A DNA stretch of 64,000 bases, taken from positions 3,781,716 to 3,845,715 of the forward strand of contig CAVNZM010000005.1 in NCBI GenBank assembly GCA_963693365.1. The letters run 5' to 3'. Shown here in pieces: positions 1 to 19,034 of this stretch (positions within the stretch are counted from its first letter, which is position 1; each line of letters opens with the position of its first letter). The DNA is from Amoebidium appalachense (taxonomy: Eukaryota; Protista; Ichthyosporea). The position numbers and the translations under genes were made by a program. The notes beneath the pieces are model-generated. The model was not told the origin of the DNA, did no database searches, and saw only the letters and a program-made list of their open reading frames with translations.

Positions 1-130
1 AGAGGAGGAGGGAGAAAGGGCAGGGACGGGAAGCCGGGGGGAGGGAGAGAGGGGGGGGGGGGGAGGGGGGGGGGGGGGGGGATGGGGAGGTAGAGGGGGG
101 GGGGGGGGGGGGGGGGGGGGGGATAAAATC

Positions 131-219
131 AAGGGGTTGGGTAGTGGCATTAGTCGTGACGGCAATTTGCACTATTCTTTCTTCCTTTCTTCTCTCTTCT
201 ATCTCTATCTCTATCTATC

Positions 220-250
<31 letters not shown>

Positions 251-396
251 TTGTTTGGTGTTTGGGGGGGGAGGGGGGGGGGGGGGGGGGGGGAGGGGGA
301 GGGGAGGGGAGGGGAGTGGGTGGGATGAAAGCAAGGGGTTGGGTTAGTGGCATTAGTCGTGGCGACAATTTGCACTATTCTTTCTTTCTTCCCTCT

Positions 397-428
<32 letters not shown>

Positions 429-455
429 TCTCTTTGTTTGGTGTTTGGAGGGGGA
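131..455. repeat. Imperfect tandem duplication, ~202-bp period
   Basis: aaggggttgggt(t)agtggcattagtcgtg...aatttgcactattctttc-(TC)n-tttgtttggtgtttgg occurs at ~131-265 and again at ~333-450. Confidence 0.85.
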
Positions 456-604
456 GGGGGGGGGAAGGGAGGGGGGGGGGGGAGGGGGGGGGGGGGGGGG
501 GGGGGGGGAGGGAGAGAGCAAGGTGTCGGACACATAAATGCATGGCAGGCAAAGCACTTCACCGATGAAACCGGGCAAGACAGCAGGCAACCCCGTGGGT
601 GAAC

Positions 605-638
<34 letters not shown>

Positions 639-747
639 TGGTGGTGGGGGTTTACGACGACTCAAGCACAGAGCTGCAGGTCCAACACATAAAACAAGAC
701 AACACATGAACCTACGATCTCTTGCTTTCCAGGCACACAGTTCAAAA

Positions 748-784
<37 letters not shown>

Positions 785-834
785 TTCCCCCACCAAAAAA
801 AAAAAAAAAACCCCCCCAGAAACGCAAGCACGCA

Positions 835-872
<38 letters not shown>

Positions 873-1131
873 CACCTACCCGCCTGCCCATGCACACACG
901 CATACGGATATATCGGGTTGCACACAACGTAAGGGATAGAGACGGCGATTATGGGAACATGGAACTATTAAGATGACAACGGGGAATATGTCAAGCTGAA
1001 CAGGACAGTCTAAAGGTGGCGGTGAGTCGAGAAGACGTTGAATAGGGAAGCAGGGAGGGAGAAGGGGAGGGGAGTGGAAAGAGAGAGGGGGGGGAGGGGG
1101 AGGGGGGAAGGGTGGGGGGGGGGGGTTATAC

Positions 1132-6332
<5,201 letters not shown>

Positions 6333-7107
6333 AAGCCCAAAAAGGTCTGTCTCGGAAGGATAATTCCTTCCCGTCCCGGGGCCGGTCCATGAATTTCGGT
6401 GGGGGCGTGTTGGGGGGGCCGTACTCGTCCCCCCACCTTCAGACTCAGCATGTAGGCGGGACAGCTTGGCGGTGGACACCCAAACGTTGGGCCGGGAAAA
6501 ACATGTGCTTGGTGTGTCTCTATCCAGAACTAAGATGGGAGCGAATGTGCGTCATCCAGCAGTCATTCGAATGTCACTGTCTTCCAGAAAGGCGGGATGG
6601 GAGTGTTTACTTTGAAGCCCGTATTCGTACGCTTGACATGCCTAACGAATTTTTGTGTCCAGAACCAGAATGTAGCTCCCTTGTAGCTTGTCGGGGAAAC
6701 GCCGGGACTAGGATAAGGTATCCTTGTTTGTCCCACTCTTGTGGGCCGCTAACTGCCCTTTTCCTTGCTCATTACAAGTGCTGAAAACAATGGAATGCCT
6801 AACTCCAGAAACACCAGTATCGTTTACCTGGGTCTGTTATGGTTGAAAGACGTTACAAGATGTGGACAAGGCTTTGTGTTGAGTGACACCAAACGTTTCC
6901 GTTGGCCAAGGGGCCAAAACAACGAGCCGATCACGCAACTAGATGCACAGTTCGGAAAGCTACCAAGCACGGCTAGAAGGCGATGTGGTCAAGAGAATGA
7001 AAAGAACCTCTTAGCCCCCTGATACTTTCAGTTGCTTGGTCCACCTATTTGCTGCCAAAAGTCTTATCCTAGCGAACCCATGTAGCTGTTCCAGAAAATA
7101 AAAAAAA

Positions 7108-7178
7108 GCAGTCTCTTCTAGTTTTTCTTGTGGGACATTGGCTTCGTTGCACAACAACTTACGGGCCGTTTTTTTTTT

Positions 7179-7224
<46 letters not shown>

Positions 7225-7277
7225 CTTCTAGTTTTTCTTGTGGGACATTGGCTTCGTTGCACAACAACTTACGGGCC
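7108..7277. repeat. Perfect 60-bp direct repeat flanking a T10-AATT-A35 spacer
   Basis: gcagtctcttctagtttttcttgtgggacattggcttcgttgcacaacaacttacgggcc occurs at 7108-7167 and 7218-7277. Confidence 0.9.
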
Positions 7278-8713
7278 CCGTTTTCTCTTTTTTGAGTCCC
7301 TTGCTCCCCTCGCCGGGCTTGTAAACTCTTTTTCCCGCTCCGCGGTTACGCAAAACGATCGATCCGCCGAGCGGCTAGCACAAAGATGAAAAAAGTTGGT
7401 TGTTAACGTTGTTGGACAATATCCGCCGCCTGTTGGAAGAGTTGACGAGACTTTGTGACAATCACCAAAAGTGCATTAGAATTGAGGCATCGAGGCTTCA
7501 AGTTTCGTTCGATCATGTACATGTAGGTGGTGGAGGCACCCTTCAGCCGAGACCCTGCTCGTTTTAAATTCCTTCTTCCTTTCTAGAACTTGTAGACCTA
7601 CTTTTACTCTCTGTGCTCGGAGGTTGTGCGACGCGTCGTGCGGGCAATACAGGTACATACGCCGAAATGCAGTGCAATGGAGTGCTGATGTCGTTCTCCT
7701 TATTGCGAGTCCACATATTTTCTTCAGCAATCGTTAGTAACACACCACTATTGCCACGTGATACAAAGATATACATCCAAGTAAGTGAAAGTCCGGTCGA
7801 CGTCCGGGTATTGTATGTTGCCCTACCTGTGGCCCTGAAAGAAATTGTGAGCCCGAATAGTCGTGACTGTGCTGTGTTTTGTTGAAATATTTTGGCTGTG
7901 AAAGTGACCAAAGCATTTCATGCCCGCGGATAAGGGCCCTGAAACTATGTTCAGATGTTTCCAGTCAAACTGTGGCGTAGGAAACTCGATGACAAAGGGT
8001 GACAGACATGATCAAGAGTGTGCCGTGTTGTGTGCTTACCACAAATGTGATACAAATCTTGCCCGATGCTTCAATCGTCTAAGCCTATGTGTATAATGCA
8101 TGCACCGGAGATGAAAACCTACTGTGACCGTTGCCCCCATACGTGGACAACAGATATACAGACATGAAACACGGGCTCGAACAGAAGTTTAGTTGAGGTG
8201 GTTCTGTAGCAAGGAAAGAAGGTGGGTCCAACTACCAACTGTTGTCAACAAAAGCGTTTTTCTCCTTTTTAACGTCGTGACACCAAGAAGCTGCCGCCGT
8301 CAATGCTGAATTCTTATGCACATGTAAGATTTATAAATATGAACATCTGCTTGAATTCGGGAATCCGGGTATACCCCTTCCATGCATTTCCATGTCACGG
8401 ATGGGGCAGTTTGATGTCAAGATAGATAGGTATGCATTTGCATGCCTCCCCCCCCCCCAAAAAAAACACACACACAAACGCACACACATCCCCACCCCCA
8501 CCCCGACCCTTCGGATCCGACCCCACAGTTTTAAGTACTGTACATGTAACCTGCAAACGCAGCCCCCCCCCCTCCCCCCCCCCCCCCCCCCCCCACAACC
8601 ACTGACCACCACCACCACACGTGCACCCCATATATAACCCGTACTGTAACTAATAATAAAAACTATAATACTGCCTCTGACCGGCCGTGCCAGCAGTACT
8701 CCTTTTCGGGTAT

Positions 8714-8752
<39 letters not shown>

Positions 8753-9880
8753 GTGAGTGGGTGCACATGCATAGTGATGGTGGTGGTACCCGGTAGCCCA
8801 CCGGTGGTGGTGGTGTGTTCGATCACGTGTGTGTGTGTGTGTGGGGGGAGGGGGGGGGGGGGGGGGGGGGGGGGGTGGAGGGGGAGGGGGGTTGAACACG
8901 CTAAATCCAATTGTAGCTGTTTTGTTTCTGGAGCTTACAAACTAGACCATCATGACCTGCACCTGGCGGACAACACAAATTCCCAGAGTATCAAGTACAC
9001 ACCATACACAGAGCCCCCGAGATCTCGAGGAGAGGGGGAGGGAGGGAGGGGGGGGGAGGGGGAGGGGGGAGGGGCTAATAATCCTCCGAGCCCTCTGTTC
9101 AAGCGTTGCAATGGTTGGTTAATTAAGTACAGCTGGTACAAATTACATATTTATTGATAGCCTCAAAGAGATATAACAAACCGAGTTGGGTACATATCAA
9201 AGTCGGCAAGCTCATAGCGCGAAACAAGCCTGGGCATTATCCTACGAAAAATACTACGCCTGTTCTCTATTTTAAGAATCAATTCGAAGGCTGGTTGCGC
9301 ATGCGTCTTTTTCGACAGGCGCGCAAAGACAACCACAAAAATCCATCAAGGTAAAAACACATGAACACGACAAAAAAAAAGATAGTGTGAACAGCAGCCA
9401 TACCACTAGTAGTTGTACCATGGCATAAACACCGAACACACGAAGATACATCATTAATTAATACTTGTCACACGGTATGAATATGCATAGCCCCTATCTA
9501 TGCTGTATCGAGCAAATAGTTGGACTGGTATCTGCTATCATGTATATCCACACCGGGAAACAACTACAGACAGAAAAACATTTACGAAACACCCACAGTC
9601 ACTGTGAGAAAACAGTAACTTTGGTGTCTAACTGGTTTGGTTAGGCGTCACAAAATAAAAAAATTTCAACCCCGCCAAAAAAGTACACTCCAAAAGGCTC
9701 AAAACTAGGTCGCCCATATCAAGTCCATTCGTTCACAAGGGCCCGTTTAAAAACTCGGCGCTAATTGCTATGGCACAACTTCCGTTCATAATCGGGATTT
9801 TTATATGAAGCATCAGGGTGCAAAAACACATAATGACTGGGTGCCGCTCCATCTCCCTCTGTTGCGCTTGTATGCACGTG

Positions 9881-9934
<54 letters not shown>

Positions 9935-10144
9935 CACACAAATGTGAAGACACGAACATTCGCAGCTGCGCGTTCGTTGAAACAAAAGCAACCATTGCCA
10001 GGAAAACGAGTGGCAAATGAGAAGCAGAAGTGCGTCGTTACGGTGTAAGTGTGCATTGCGTGTATGGTTGTGCTGGAGAGAAGAGGAGGAGGTGTGTGTG
10101 TGTGTGTGTGTTGGGGGAGGGGGGGGGGGATTAAAGTAGCGGAG

Positions 10145-10348
10145 CTAGGCCTGTTGCCTTGCGGAGAAATCCCATATGCGCATGGTGCCATCGTCCAAAC
10201 CGGTAACAATTTTTGTGTCTGTGAACATCAGCGCACTGATGGGCCCACTGTGCCCCGTCAGCGTGTGCAGGGGCTTGCCTGCGTGATGAGAGAGTAATGA
10301 GTGTGTGTTTGGTAACTTCACATTCCAATCCCATTTGTTTTGTGTCAA

Positions 10349-10409
<61 letters not shown>

Positions 10410-11205
10410 AGGTGGAGGGTTGAAGGAAGGCGGGCTAATGCCAAAATATAAAACTAAGTAAGCAAATGAATGGATAACTTTTTCGGCCACATCCATGCCA
10501 CTAAACGTGGTGTACTCCAACCCGCATTTCGGCAACCCCTCTGCATTTCGGCAACCCCTCTTTCCTTTTTTGAATGTTCGGTTTTCCGGCTTGGTGATGC
10601 ATTTTCATGTCATGTTATGGCATTACGAGTGTTTGCACACAGGCGCTATGGCTACAGGGTATGCTCCGAGTAAAAATGACTGACAGTATGTGGTGCATTG
10701 CCCTTTTGTGCAAATGTGCCCGTGTGTTTGAGTGCACCCGTGTGTGTGTGTGTATGTGTGTATGTGCATGTGCGCGCGCGCGCGTTTGTTCGTGCGTGCG
10801 TGTCCATGCATGCCTTGTCCGTGCATAGACGGTGCATGTGCGTGTGTACGTGTGCGTGTGCATGTATGACCACACACACCTGTCTGCCTGTCCCAGATGA
10901 TGACTGTGCCGTCTTGACTGCCCGTGACTATACGCAGACTGTCAAACTGCATGCAGTACACCCCTGCACGTGAATGTGACGTCAGCATTGCCCACATTTG
11001 TCCTAAAAGCCATTGTGTCTCACATCCCTTGAACTTGGGCTCCTCTTCAATGAAGAAGAGGGCTCCTTCGTTCCTTCGTTCCAAAAACAAAGCTGGCCCA
11101 CTTGCACAGCACCCAACACCACAACAACACCGAATCCCCCCCCCCCCCCCCTCTCCCCCCCCCCCCCCTTCCGTGGGCTCTTGTTAAGCGCGCGGCGCGC
11201 GCATG

Positions 11206-11261
<56 letters not shown>

Positions 11262-11345
11262 ACACGGGGAGGAGAAAATCAGCCAGAGGGAACAAGAGGT
11301 AGGGCGAGGGAAATGAAAAAAAAAAGGGCGAGGGCGAGGGCGGGG

Positions 11346-11392
<47 letters not shown>

Positions 11393-11632
11393 AGAGAGAG
11401 AACAGAGAGTGTGTTTGTGTGTTAGTATGTGTATGCAGACCAGGAAAGGAGGGGGAAAGGGGAGGGGAAGATGAGCACGTACCACCTGTGTGGCCAAACA
11501 GTGTGGTGGTGCACTTTTCAGCACATGGCTTCCAGATCTTCACCGTGTTGTCCAGGCTGCCACTCATCAACGTCTCGTGCGCCATCTGCACACACATCAC
11601 CTGTACACACAAGGGGAAAAAAAAAAAAAATA

Positions 11633-11670
<38 letters not shown>

Positions 11671-12824
11671 CGAAGCACATGTCAGTTAGTGCAAATCTAT
11701 CTTATCGTTTCGCTCAAACATGATGCTTATGCCCCCCCTCCTCCCCCCTCCCCCCTCTCCCCCCTTCGCATCACCACCACACGCAACCAACACACGAACG
11801 CAGAGGCATACACCTAGTGAATTAATCAACAAGCACTACGGGACCCACCTCGCCCATGTGGCCCTCCAGGACCCTCAGACAGCTGTGGGCAGCCAGGTCC
11901 CATAAGCGGATGGTGTAGTCGTCTGACCCACTTACGGCCTTTTTGCCGCATAGCTGCACACAGTTCACCTGCAAAAAAACAGGCGTTAGAAACATGAGCG
12001 CGTGTGTACGTGTGTACGTGTGTACGTGTGTACGTGAGAGAGAATGTGTGCGTGGGTGTGTGTGTGTTGTGCGTGTGTATGCGTGTGCGCGTGCTTAAAG
12101 GTGAAGGTCGGAAAACAGAGGGTATGTGAATGAGCGTGCGAGGTGTGTGTGCGGATGAGCCTGTGCATATTAGGTGTGTGAATGTGTGCGAACCTGTAAT
12201 GATGTGTGCACAAGTGTGGATGCTTGTGCACCGGTGTGAGGCATGTGTAGTGCGTGTGTATAACTCCACCTATACTAGCATATTCGCTGTGTTTCAATTT
12301 TTTTTTCCCGGCTTGCCTATGCGGGTGATCCGATAAAAATGCGATCAATTCCCAACCGATACTTCGAAACATCGTGTGCACATGTCCATGATTTTATGCA
12401 TGCCTGTGCGATTAGGAGAATACGAACCACGTCCGTGTGGCCTCTCAGGATGTGCATTTTTGCATCGGAGAAGCTCCACAGTCGCAGGTTGCTGTCGGCA
12501 CCCCCCGACACCAAGTGCTCATCGTCAAACTGCATTGGGAAAACTTGTTAACCTTACATATTCCCCTCCCTCCCCCCCCCTCTTCCCCTCACCCCCACCG
12601 CCACCACCATAACAGAGAAACACACTACAAAACACACAAAAAAAGATATGCCACCTCACCTCCTCTCATTCTCCTCTTCCTACCCAACCCAGCACCCTGA
12701 TTATTCACCTTCTTCTGAAGAATGGTTGCAAGAGTAGTGCTGACTTCTCATTTCTTTTCCGAAAGAGCACGTTTGAAACAGGCATGCACACATGAATATA
12801 AAGGACGAGAGTAAGGGGGAAGGG

Positions 12825-12855
<31 letters not shown>

Positions 12856-13174
12856 TTTGAGAATGGCATGTGGAGGGAGGACGGGAGGACGGGAGGGAGG
12901 TGCCCTTGGCTTTTTTTTTTTCTTTTTTTCTAGGGGGGGGTTTTAGGGGCATAAGAACGATTGTCGTGGATGCGACCTGGCATATCGACACACACACACA
13001 AATGCTTAGGAAAACAGGGAACAGCTAACCGGTACATTTTGGCCTACCTGCAATGACATGACACCGCCCGTGTTCGCCTCCATGGTTCGCACACACTCCC
13101 CAGCCTGCACACGTTCGCTCGAAACCAGCGCCCAGATGCGGATGCTCCCGTCATACGACCCACTTACGATCTTA

Positions 13175-13243
<69 letters not shown>

Positions 13244-13597
13244 TTGAATGCGGAACACGGTACAAAGTACGCATACACGACGAGAAGCATGGTGCAGGAC
13301 ACATGCAAAGGCAAACATTCAAGTATGCAACATCAGCCATGTGCACAGTATGCGTCATAAGCAGAGCCCATCCTCAGGGAGGAGGGGGGAGGGAGGGGGG
13401 AGGGGGACATACTTTAGTTAGAAGGTGACAAACATGGAAGCAAAAAGATGAAATTTAAAAATATCAAATCATAGACGGAACCACAAAACAGAAACTAAAA
13501 CTGGCGCGCAGGCAGAAGGGACCCCTGTCAAAGAAGCAGGCAGGGATTGGGGATTCAAAGGAGTATGGTGGTGGTGGTGGTGGTGGTGGTGTGTGTG

Positions 13598-13628
<31 letters not shown>

Positions 13629-14293
13629 TTGAATGTGTCACGAAGCACGAAGTACACATGAACAACGGATAACACGATGCAGAGTGCAAACCATACATAA
13701 AGAGTATGCATAATAAGCAGAGCCCATCCTCAGGGGGAGCCCACGTCATCCACAGTACCCGAGTTTCGACCCATTCACCTCGGGGAGGGAGGGAGGCGGA
13801 GATGGGGGCTTGAAAAGCACGGTGCAGGGGGGCTGAGGGACAGAAGAGCAGGGGGGGAATACCTTATCAAACTGAAGGCACTTTACAGGCCCAGTGTGGC
13901 CAGTCATAACCCGCACACACGTGTTTGTGTTGAGGTCCCACACACGTAATACGTTGTCCTCCCCCCAGACACAAGCAGGCCGTCAGCCACACACACCTCC
14001 AGACACAACACACCGCCTGTGTGTCCTTGCAGTGTGTGTGTGGAATACGATCCCTTTCGCCACTGCGTGGGTTGCACGTGACGTGAATACGTGCAAAAAG
14101 AAAAAACCTTAAAATGTATAATAGTATCAATTGTTATAATAATGAAGCTATATTATGTTATCAAATTGTGGGAGCTTTTTTGTGTGTTAGCTGGCCCGTG
14201 AAAGACACCACACCATCAATCACATCAATGATCATCTACACCCTGCAAACCATCATTGGACCTCCTGCACAAACGCCATACCCCCCCCCCCCC

Positions 14294-14345
<52 letters not shown>

Positions 14346-15051
14346 CGTGCATACCAACACCTACATTGAGCTCCACCCTCTGGCGGTCAGCATAGATGTC
14401 CTTCCACACAATCTTCCTCCTCTTGCCCCGGGGATCATCTGCAATCAGAGGTAGCCCCCACCCACCTGCCCACATGCAAGTCAGCACACACAGTCATACA
14501 TATTGTGAGCGTATAGAATGGCACATACACACGTGCGCACGCGCGCACACACATACACACACACACACACACACGCAAACTCTCAACTCTGCTCCATCCC
14601 TTCAGTCCAACCTGTGCTCTAGAATACGTGTGCTTGCTCCGACGACCGCCCAACCTCCTTCCACCTCACACGCCCACATGACACACATCCCGAACGAAGG
14701 ATAGGCATATGCATTCACATGAATCACGGAGCCTTTCCGAGATATTTGTTCTTGATTGGTGTGTCCAAGATATGCTGGTCTTGCCAGACTAAACGAATCA
14801 ACGCAACGCTGACTTGGATGTGTGTGTGTGTGTGTGTGTGTCCGTGTTGTAGGGAAGAGGTCACAATACATTTTGTACACTTCTTGTTGATGTGCTGGGC
14901 ACACATCCTGTGCCACAATGAGTCGTCATTTGCAATCTGCCGCCACCGTTTTGACACCTGCCACAGGCCAAACCATGTTAGGAAACGAGCAACTGCAAAA
15001 TGCCCAACGAGGTATCTTCCCTGCAAACAAACAACGAGTGCTGCTCCCCCC

Positions 15052-15084
<33 letters not shown>

Positions 15085-15949
15085 CACACACACACACCCT
15101 TTCCCCTTTAGGGCACAAACAAAGCACACAAGAACATCTCTGTACGAAAACCTGCAGTGTGCGTGACTCTACAGTGCATGGACCGCTCGACGTTCATCTC
15201 TAGGGTACAGAAAAATAGACATGGGTCGCCGAGAGAGGGCCGGGCAATAGGGGGAGGGGAGGGGGGGGAGGGGGGGGGGGGGACAGATGACCTTGTGTGT
15301 GCATACTGAAAATGTATAAGCATTTCGTGTGTGCGCTTCGGACATTTCAGTGTATGTGTGCACATGTGTGCATATCATTCCGTGTTGCATGTTGCATATT
15401 GCTGTGCTTGACAGGTTACACGAGGTCGCACGCACATGGGGCTTGCGTGCACGTATGGGATGTCCCCACACACGTCGTCACACATTATGTACATATGCGT
15501 GTACGTCTGATGCACGCTAAGCACATGCTAAAGAGCATAGGCAAGATGACCGAGGGCACCTACCGCAGCAGCCATGCACAGTGACTTAGCGTCGCAAAAA
15601 GACAGAATGTACTTTGCTAGCTTGTCCGGCAACTTGGCTACGAAATCGACCTTCAGCATGGGTGCTAGGTCACGGTACACCTTGGAGACTGGGGGTGGAA
15701 ATGAGTGTTAAAAGGGATCAGGGGGAGGAATGATAAATGAGGGAGTAGAGGCGCCTAGATGCGCACGTGCTTGGGTGAGAAGTGTGTGGATGTGTGTACA
15801 TGTGGATGTGCTCTACACATGTGTGTGAAGTGTGCTTCGTGTTGGTAATGGCTCTAGTGGCGTGTGTGCATGTGTGTGTGTGTGTATTTGGGAAGAAGCA
15901 GGTGGGGAGGGGGGGGGGGGGGGGGGGGGGGGGGAGGACTCAGTGTGTC

Positions 15950-15990
<41 letters not shown>

Positions 15991-16646
15991 GTGTAGGTGT
16001 TCTTTTGGGGGGGGGGGGGGGGGGGGGGGGGGGTAAATGAGTGCACATGCACCCCTGCACACACATGGCCACCCACCCTCAAGATTTTCATTTTTGCGTA
16101 AATAAGCAGACATGCAGGTGTTTTAAGGACTTGCAAACAACAATCGAGGTAAACGGGCAAGGCTTGAGAGGGTGACGAAGGGGTTGGGGGACACAGTTTG
16201 GAGGAGGATGCATCAAAGGCAGGACAAAACTACTTCCCAATAAAAAGCCACATGCAGTCAAGAGCGTGGCAGAAGCACCATACAGACAGGAGAAGCAGGT
16301 AGGGGTATCACTGTGGACAACCACAACAGTATAGAATAACGTACAAAAGAGCACCGGGAGAGGGGGGGGGAAGGGGGGGGGGGGGGGGGGGGGGGGGGAG
16401 GTTTTTTGCACAAAGAAAACGAGTGTGAGAGACACTTGCTGACTGAACGTACGGTCAAGGAGGGATGTAGAGAGCTAGAATGAAGGGAGCAAGACCATAT
16501 AAAACAACAGAAACATAAACAATCAGAGTGTCTGTAAACGTGAACAGATAAGCGTGTCTGAAACGCGACACCAACATGTGTGCAAATACCCACAAACACA
16601 ATATCACCCCAGTACACATTGCACCTGTGGGCAGGACAAACACACA

Positions 16647-16711
<65 letters not shown>

Positions 16712-18335
16712 GTGCGACAAACACGCACACACACACACACACGGACCTGGGGCATGATGAACTAAATATTGTCATATCTAGACAACAGGAGACATGGTAG
16801 TATAGCCGTGAGAGCTGAGGGGCGGTAAGAGAAGGGGGGGGGGGGGGGGTTTGAATGCGTCAAAAAGTACGAAGTACACAAGAACAAACGGATAACACGA
16901 TGCAGAATGCAAGCCATACATAAAGAGTATGCATAATAAGCAGAGCCCATCCTCAGGGGGGGCCCACGTCATCCACAGTACCCGAGTTTCGACCTATTCC
17001 CCTGGGGGGGGGGGAGGGGAAGGAGGGGGGGGAGGGGGGGGGGGGGGGGGGGGGGAGACTGTATCTCCCTGGGATTCCAATCCATCAAAATTAGAAGACG
17101 TGTTTTGACGTCTTCTAGATTTAGAAAATTTCCCTATTACGATCGCTTGAATCCGCCGCTGGCGACAGCCAAGTCCGGCCCTTTTAGCCGCGGTTCTTCA
17201 GCGAGGTTTCGCTTGCCCTTTGTACCTTTTCTCTGGTTTTCTCAACAAAAAATTTAATTCTGTTGTACACAAGGGTCTTGCGTGATGTTTTATTCAAACT
17301 TTGCTTTCGAAACTATCGCCCATGAGTTCAGGATCTTGACTTTAGAGCTCTCTCTTCGCTCCCTTCCTAACTTCCTCCTACAGCCCGCTCAGCAGGCGGA
17401 CGTTTCTCTTCATAAACGTTCTAGAAGCACCCTAAAGGTGCTTTTATTTACATAGGGTCCTTTTTCACAACGCCTGCGTTTTATAGCCACACATTTGTTA
17501 CGTGCATGGCACAGAACCGCCGTTCTGTAGTCGGTCCAAGGTTATAACTGGTACTTTACCCTGCACATCAACGAGCACATCCTGTTCACAGAAAGACCCT
17601 GCCTTCCCCGTCGTTTACCGTGAGTGACCTTTTTGTACCATAGGTTGTATTGTGTTAAAAGAGGCTAACAGATGCTGTGGCTTCGCCGCACCTTGTGGGG
17701 CTTGTGGCGCTGTTTTTGGCTGCTTAGCCTTGCAGGCCAGGCTACCTTGCTGCCCGGCCAATCACATGTTCACGCGTTAGGCAAGCCCAGCCTGCTATGA
17801 ATAAAGGAGCCATCTGTGTACCACACTCAAGCATTGTATTCGAAAATTCATACCGCTGAGTTAACACAAAAGGTTTGCACGGGACACCCGTGAGAGACAG
17901 CGACCGCCTCCGCGACCGCCGGTCAAAATCTGCCAAGTATGATAAAATCGATCGAATCAGTTCGATCGATTTTAAGTCTAGAAGACGTCAATATACGTTT
18001 TCTAGAATTCGCGACCTTACTACTTTTAACGAGCACTAAAGCTTGTTTTGCATTAGTACACAGCCTTTGAGGAATTTTTAAAAGTTGTTACAAATATCCT
18101 AGGCTTTATAGCGACACCTAGCTTGTTAGGGTCCTCGGATGGGAACGCGATCGAAAAACAAGAAAGCCTGTAATTTTGGCTTAGAAGACGTAAAAAAACG
18201 TGTTGTAGCCCAGGGAGATATACACAAGATAGTCAAGCTTTACACCAAAAATTTGAAATGCAAAAATGAACGAACATGACTGTTATATGAGAAAAAAGAT
18301 TAACACAGGCACACCCACACACCCACGGGCACTCA

Positions 18336-18389
<54 letters not shown>

Positions 18390-19034
18390 TGTACACACAG
18401 TTGCGCGCACACACACACAAGCACAGTCATATTACACACACCGATGTACACACAGGCTCGCGTACACACACACAAGCACACATGTCTGTGTGTGTATGTG
18501 TGTGTGTGGGTGTGTGTGTGTGTGTGTGTGTGCGTGTGTGTGTAAGTATATATATGTATATATATGAGATATATATGACATGCACAAAGGGGGGGGGGGG
18601 GGGGGGGGAAGGAAGTGTGGGTGTGACTTACTGACAGGCAGGCGCCGCTCCGTGACACCGATCAGCCTACTAAACACCTGCTGTTGCTTGTTTTGTGACA
18701 GACCACCAAACCATTGTGTTATGTCGTTCAGTTGTGGTTGAAACCTAGATCCTACACCCTCCCCTTCCTTCTCCCCGAACAAGTGCTCTTGAGCGGGCAT
18801 TGCAATGGGCAGAGTAAGTGATGCCCTTCTAAATATGTGTTCGTTGCTCGTATTCAACACGCGTTTTTCGCTCTCTCCCTCCGTCAAGGAATCTGGATGA
18901 ACCCTCTTATTTGAACTAATACTTCTTTCAATGGTGTATAATTCTGGACCGGTAGACTGGGAGCGAGACATGGTGGAGTTCCAACCGTTCCCTCGACTGT
19001 CAGAAGTCGCTGATCGAGAAGCAACCTCCGCCAT
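10145..19034 (-). CDS. MET30: F-box/WD40-repeat protein of the Met30/SconB/Pof1 type, 11 exons
   Basis: Exons 19034-18632, 15688-15564 (F-box: [28 protein letters not shown]), 14957-14870 ([29 protein letters not shown]), 14465-14365 (CGWGLPL...WKDIY), 14062-13863, 13176-13048, 12529-12428, 11968-11849, 11600-11483, 10963-10880 and 10278-10145 (WD40 repeats with GH...SGS.D..++.+WD). All junctions are GT-AG. The WHRMC.QHI.+KC.KCGWGLPL motif is typical of fungal Met30/SconB. One 1-nt frameshift lies in the homopolymer at 13961-13966. Confidence 0.88.
13241..13383 (-). mobile_element. Short interspersed repeat (SINE-like), subfamily A, 5'-truncated, poly(C)-tailed
   Basis: Appears identical over ~140 bp to 58749-58889. 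On the - strand it ends ...ccgcattcaaaac followed by poly(C). Confidence 0.75.
13629..13784 (-). mobile_element. Short interspersed repeat (SINE-like), subfamily B
   Basis: Closely matches 16849-17003 and shares the core ataagcagagcccatcctcaggg with subfamily A. It ends cattcaac followed by poly(C) on the - strand. Confidence 0.7.
16849..17003 (-). mobile_element. Short interspersed repeat (SINE-like), subfamily B
   Basis: Near copy of 13629-13784, flanked on both sides by G runs on the + strand. Confidence 0.7.
17064..18218. mobile_element. Non-autonomous TIR DNA element (~1.15 kb), TA-flanked, in intron 1 of the MET30-like gene
   Basis: Termini read TA|TCTCCCTGGG ... CCCAGGGAGA|TA. The subterminal motif TAGAAGACGT recurs (~17092, inverted ~17108, ~17979, ~18182), with an internal hairpin aaaatcgatcgaa-tcag-ttcgatcgatttt (~17944-17973). 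The block is microsatellite-free and has no intact ORF. Confidence 0.65.

Noticed and set aside
7476-8330. Microsatellite-free stretch with short ORFs (similar stretches at 39500-41780 and 63400-64000)
   Set aside because: No recognisable domain and stops in all frames. It may be promoter DNA or decayed transposon sequence, but no call is supportable.
13961-13966. Frameshift inside a WD40 exon of the MET30-like gene (possible pseudogene or programmed frameshift)
   Set aside because: Adding one G to the G6 run restores [12 protein letters not shown] and all other exons are intact. A homopolymer sequencing error is the simplest explanation.
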